NCBI GenBank assembly: GCA_046541715.1
Contig: JBKHCS010000003.1
Span: 10,759-74,758 of the forward strand
Direction: 5' to 3'
Source: Spirochaetaceae bacterium
GTDB lineage: Bacteria > Spirochaetota > Spirochaetia > DSM-27196 > PWMO01
DNA: 64,000 bases
In this document: positions 63,588 to 64,000 of the stretch, piece after piece
Numbering within the stretch: the first letter of the stretch is position 1
How the letters are laid out: each line of letters opens with the position of its first letter
The notes under the pieces: model-generated
Seen by the model: the letters and a program-made list of their open reading frames with translations, nothing else
Databases searched by the model: none
Told to the model about the DNA's origin: nothing
Translations under genes and position numbers: made by a program

Positions 63588-64000
63588 CTAATCCATATAG
63601 CGGTCCAGTCGGTTTCGTAGCTCTTCGTCCGAACCAGCGGCCGCTATAATCTCGTTAAACCGGGACACACTCAGCCCGGTCTCTTCGACCATTTCGACCA
63701 TTTCCGTTTGGGACGACTGTTGTGTTTCGGAAATTTCCGAAATAGTCGTCTGGTATTCCTGGAAATCGTTTCGATCGACGCCTTGTGGAGCGCCCTCTCC
63801 CGGCGTCTGCTGAGCCATTTCGTGTATCTGATAGAACTGTTCTTCGCTCAAGTTGGAGTTACCGATGGTCGAATCGATCTCCTCCTGGAGCTCCGCCTGA
63901 ACCTCCTGAACGCCCTCGAGGGCAATGACGAAGTTCTCAAGCTCCGTATCGGACACAGGCTCGATGGACTGCCCTGGGGGCTGCTGGGCCAAGAGCGGCG
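63588..64000 (-). CDS. hypothetical secreted protein (5' end outside window)
   Basis: Frame is open to the window edge. Acidic, Gln/Glu-rich. No family assigned with confidence. Confidence 0.4.
   Translation of the reverse strand, partial: PLLAQQPPGQSIEPVSDTELENFVIALEGVQEVQAELQEEIDSTIGNSNLSEEQFYQIHEMAQQTPGEGAPQGVDRNDFQEYQTTISEISETQQSSQTEMVEMVEETGLSVSRFNEIIAAAGSDEELRNRLDRYMD

Overview
GC-rich (about 60% by eye) chromosomal segment, most likely from a spirochete. That inference rests on flgF-flgG-flgJ-like genes lying next to an RpoS-like sigma factor, as I recall for Borrelia, plus a P83/100-like protein. I call about 55 protein genes, mostly housekeeping: clpA-aat, alaA-like, gltX-glyQS-tyrS, an ABC pair, rex, mrcA, ndh-menA-yceI, an opuA-type betaine transporter, flagellar rod genes, tsaD, apt, carAB, cimA, argS and gltBD. 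Other clusters are an 8-gene translationally coupled PHP-mlaEFD-TPR-4TM-LysM/M23-PEGA operon, two coupled cNMP-binding proteins, and an arsM-arsC-arsR::arsC cluster. There are 3 tRNAs (Thr-CGU, Gln-CUG, Glu-CUC). I see no transposase, integrase, prophage, CRISPR array or recognisable defence system, and I cannot point to a clear novel multi-gene system. The interesting signals are regulatory or architectural. (1) Two perfect sigma54 -24/-12 promoters, one in front of the RpoS-like sigma factor (a Borrelia-like RpoN->RpoS arrangement) and one in front of gltBD with upstream dyads. (2) An IlvL-like Ile-rich 32-codon leader ORF plus an intrinsic terminator upstream of citramalate synthase. (3) A three-copy 22-bp palindrome family: one copy at the end of the mrcA/ParB-like operon, two in the ars promoter region. 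(4) A ParB/Srx N-domain-only protein with a C-terminal amphipathic helix, apparently co-transcribed with PBP1A. (5) A recurrent promoter geometry that predicts leaderless mRNAs. (6) A degenerate HD-GYP protein coupled to a TGS-SAD-uridine kinase fusion. All functional calls come from motif recognition by eye. No searches were run.
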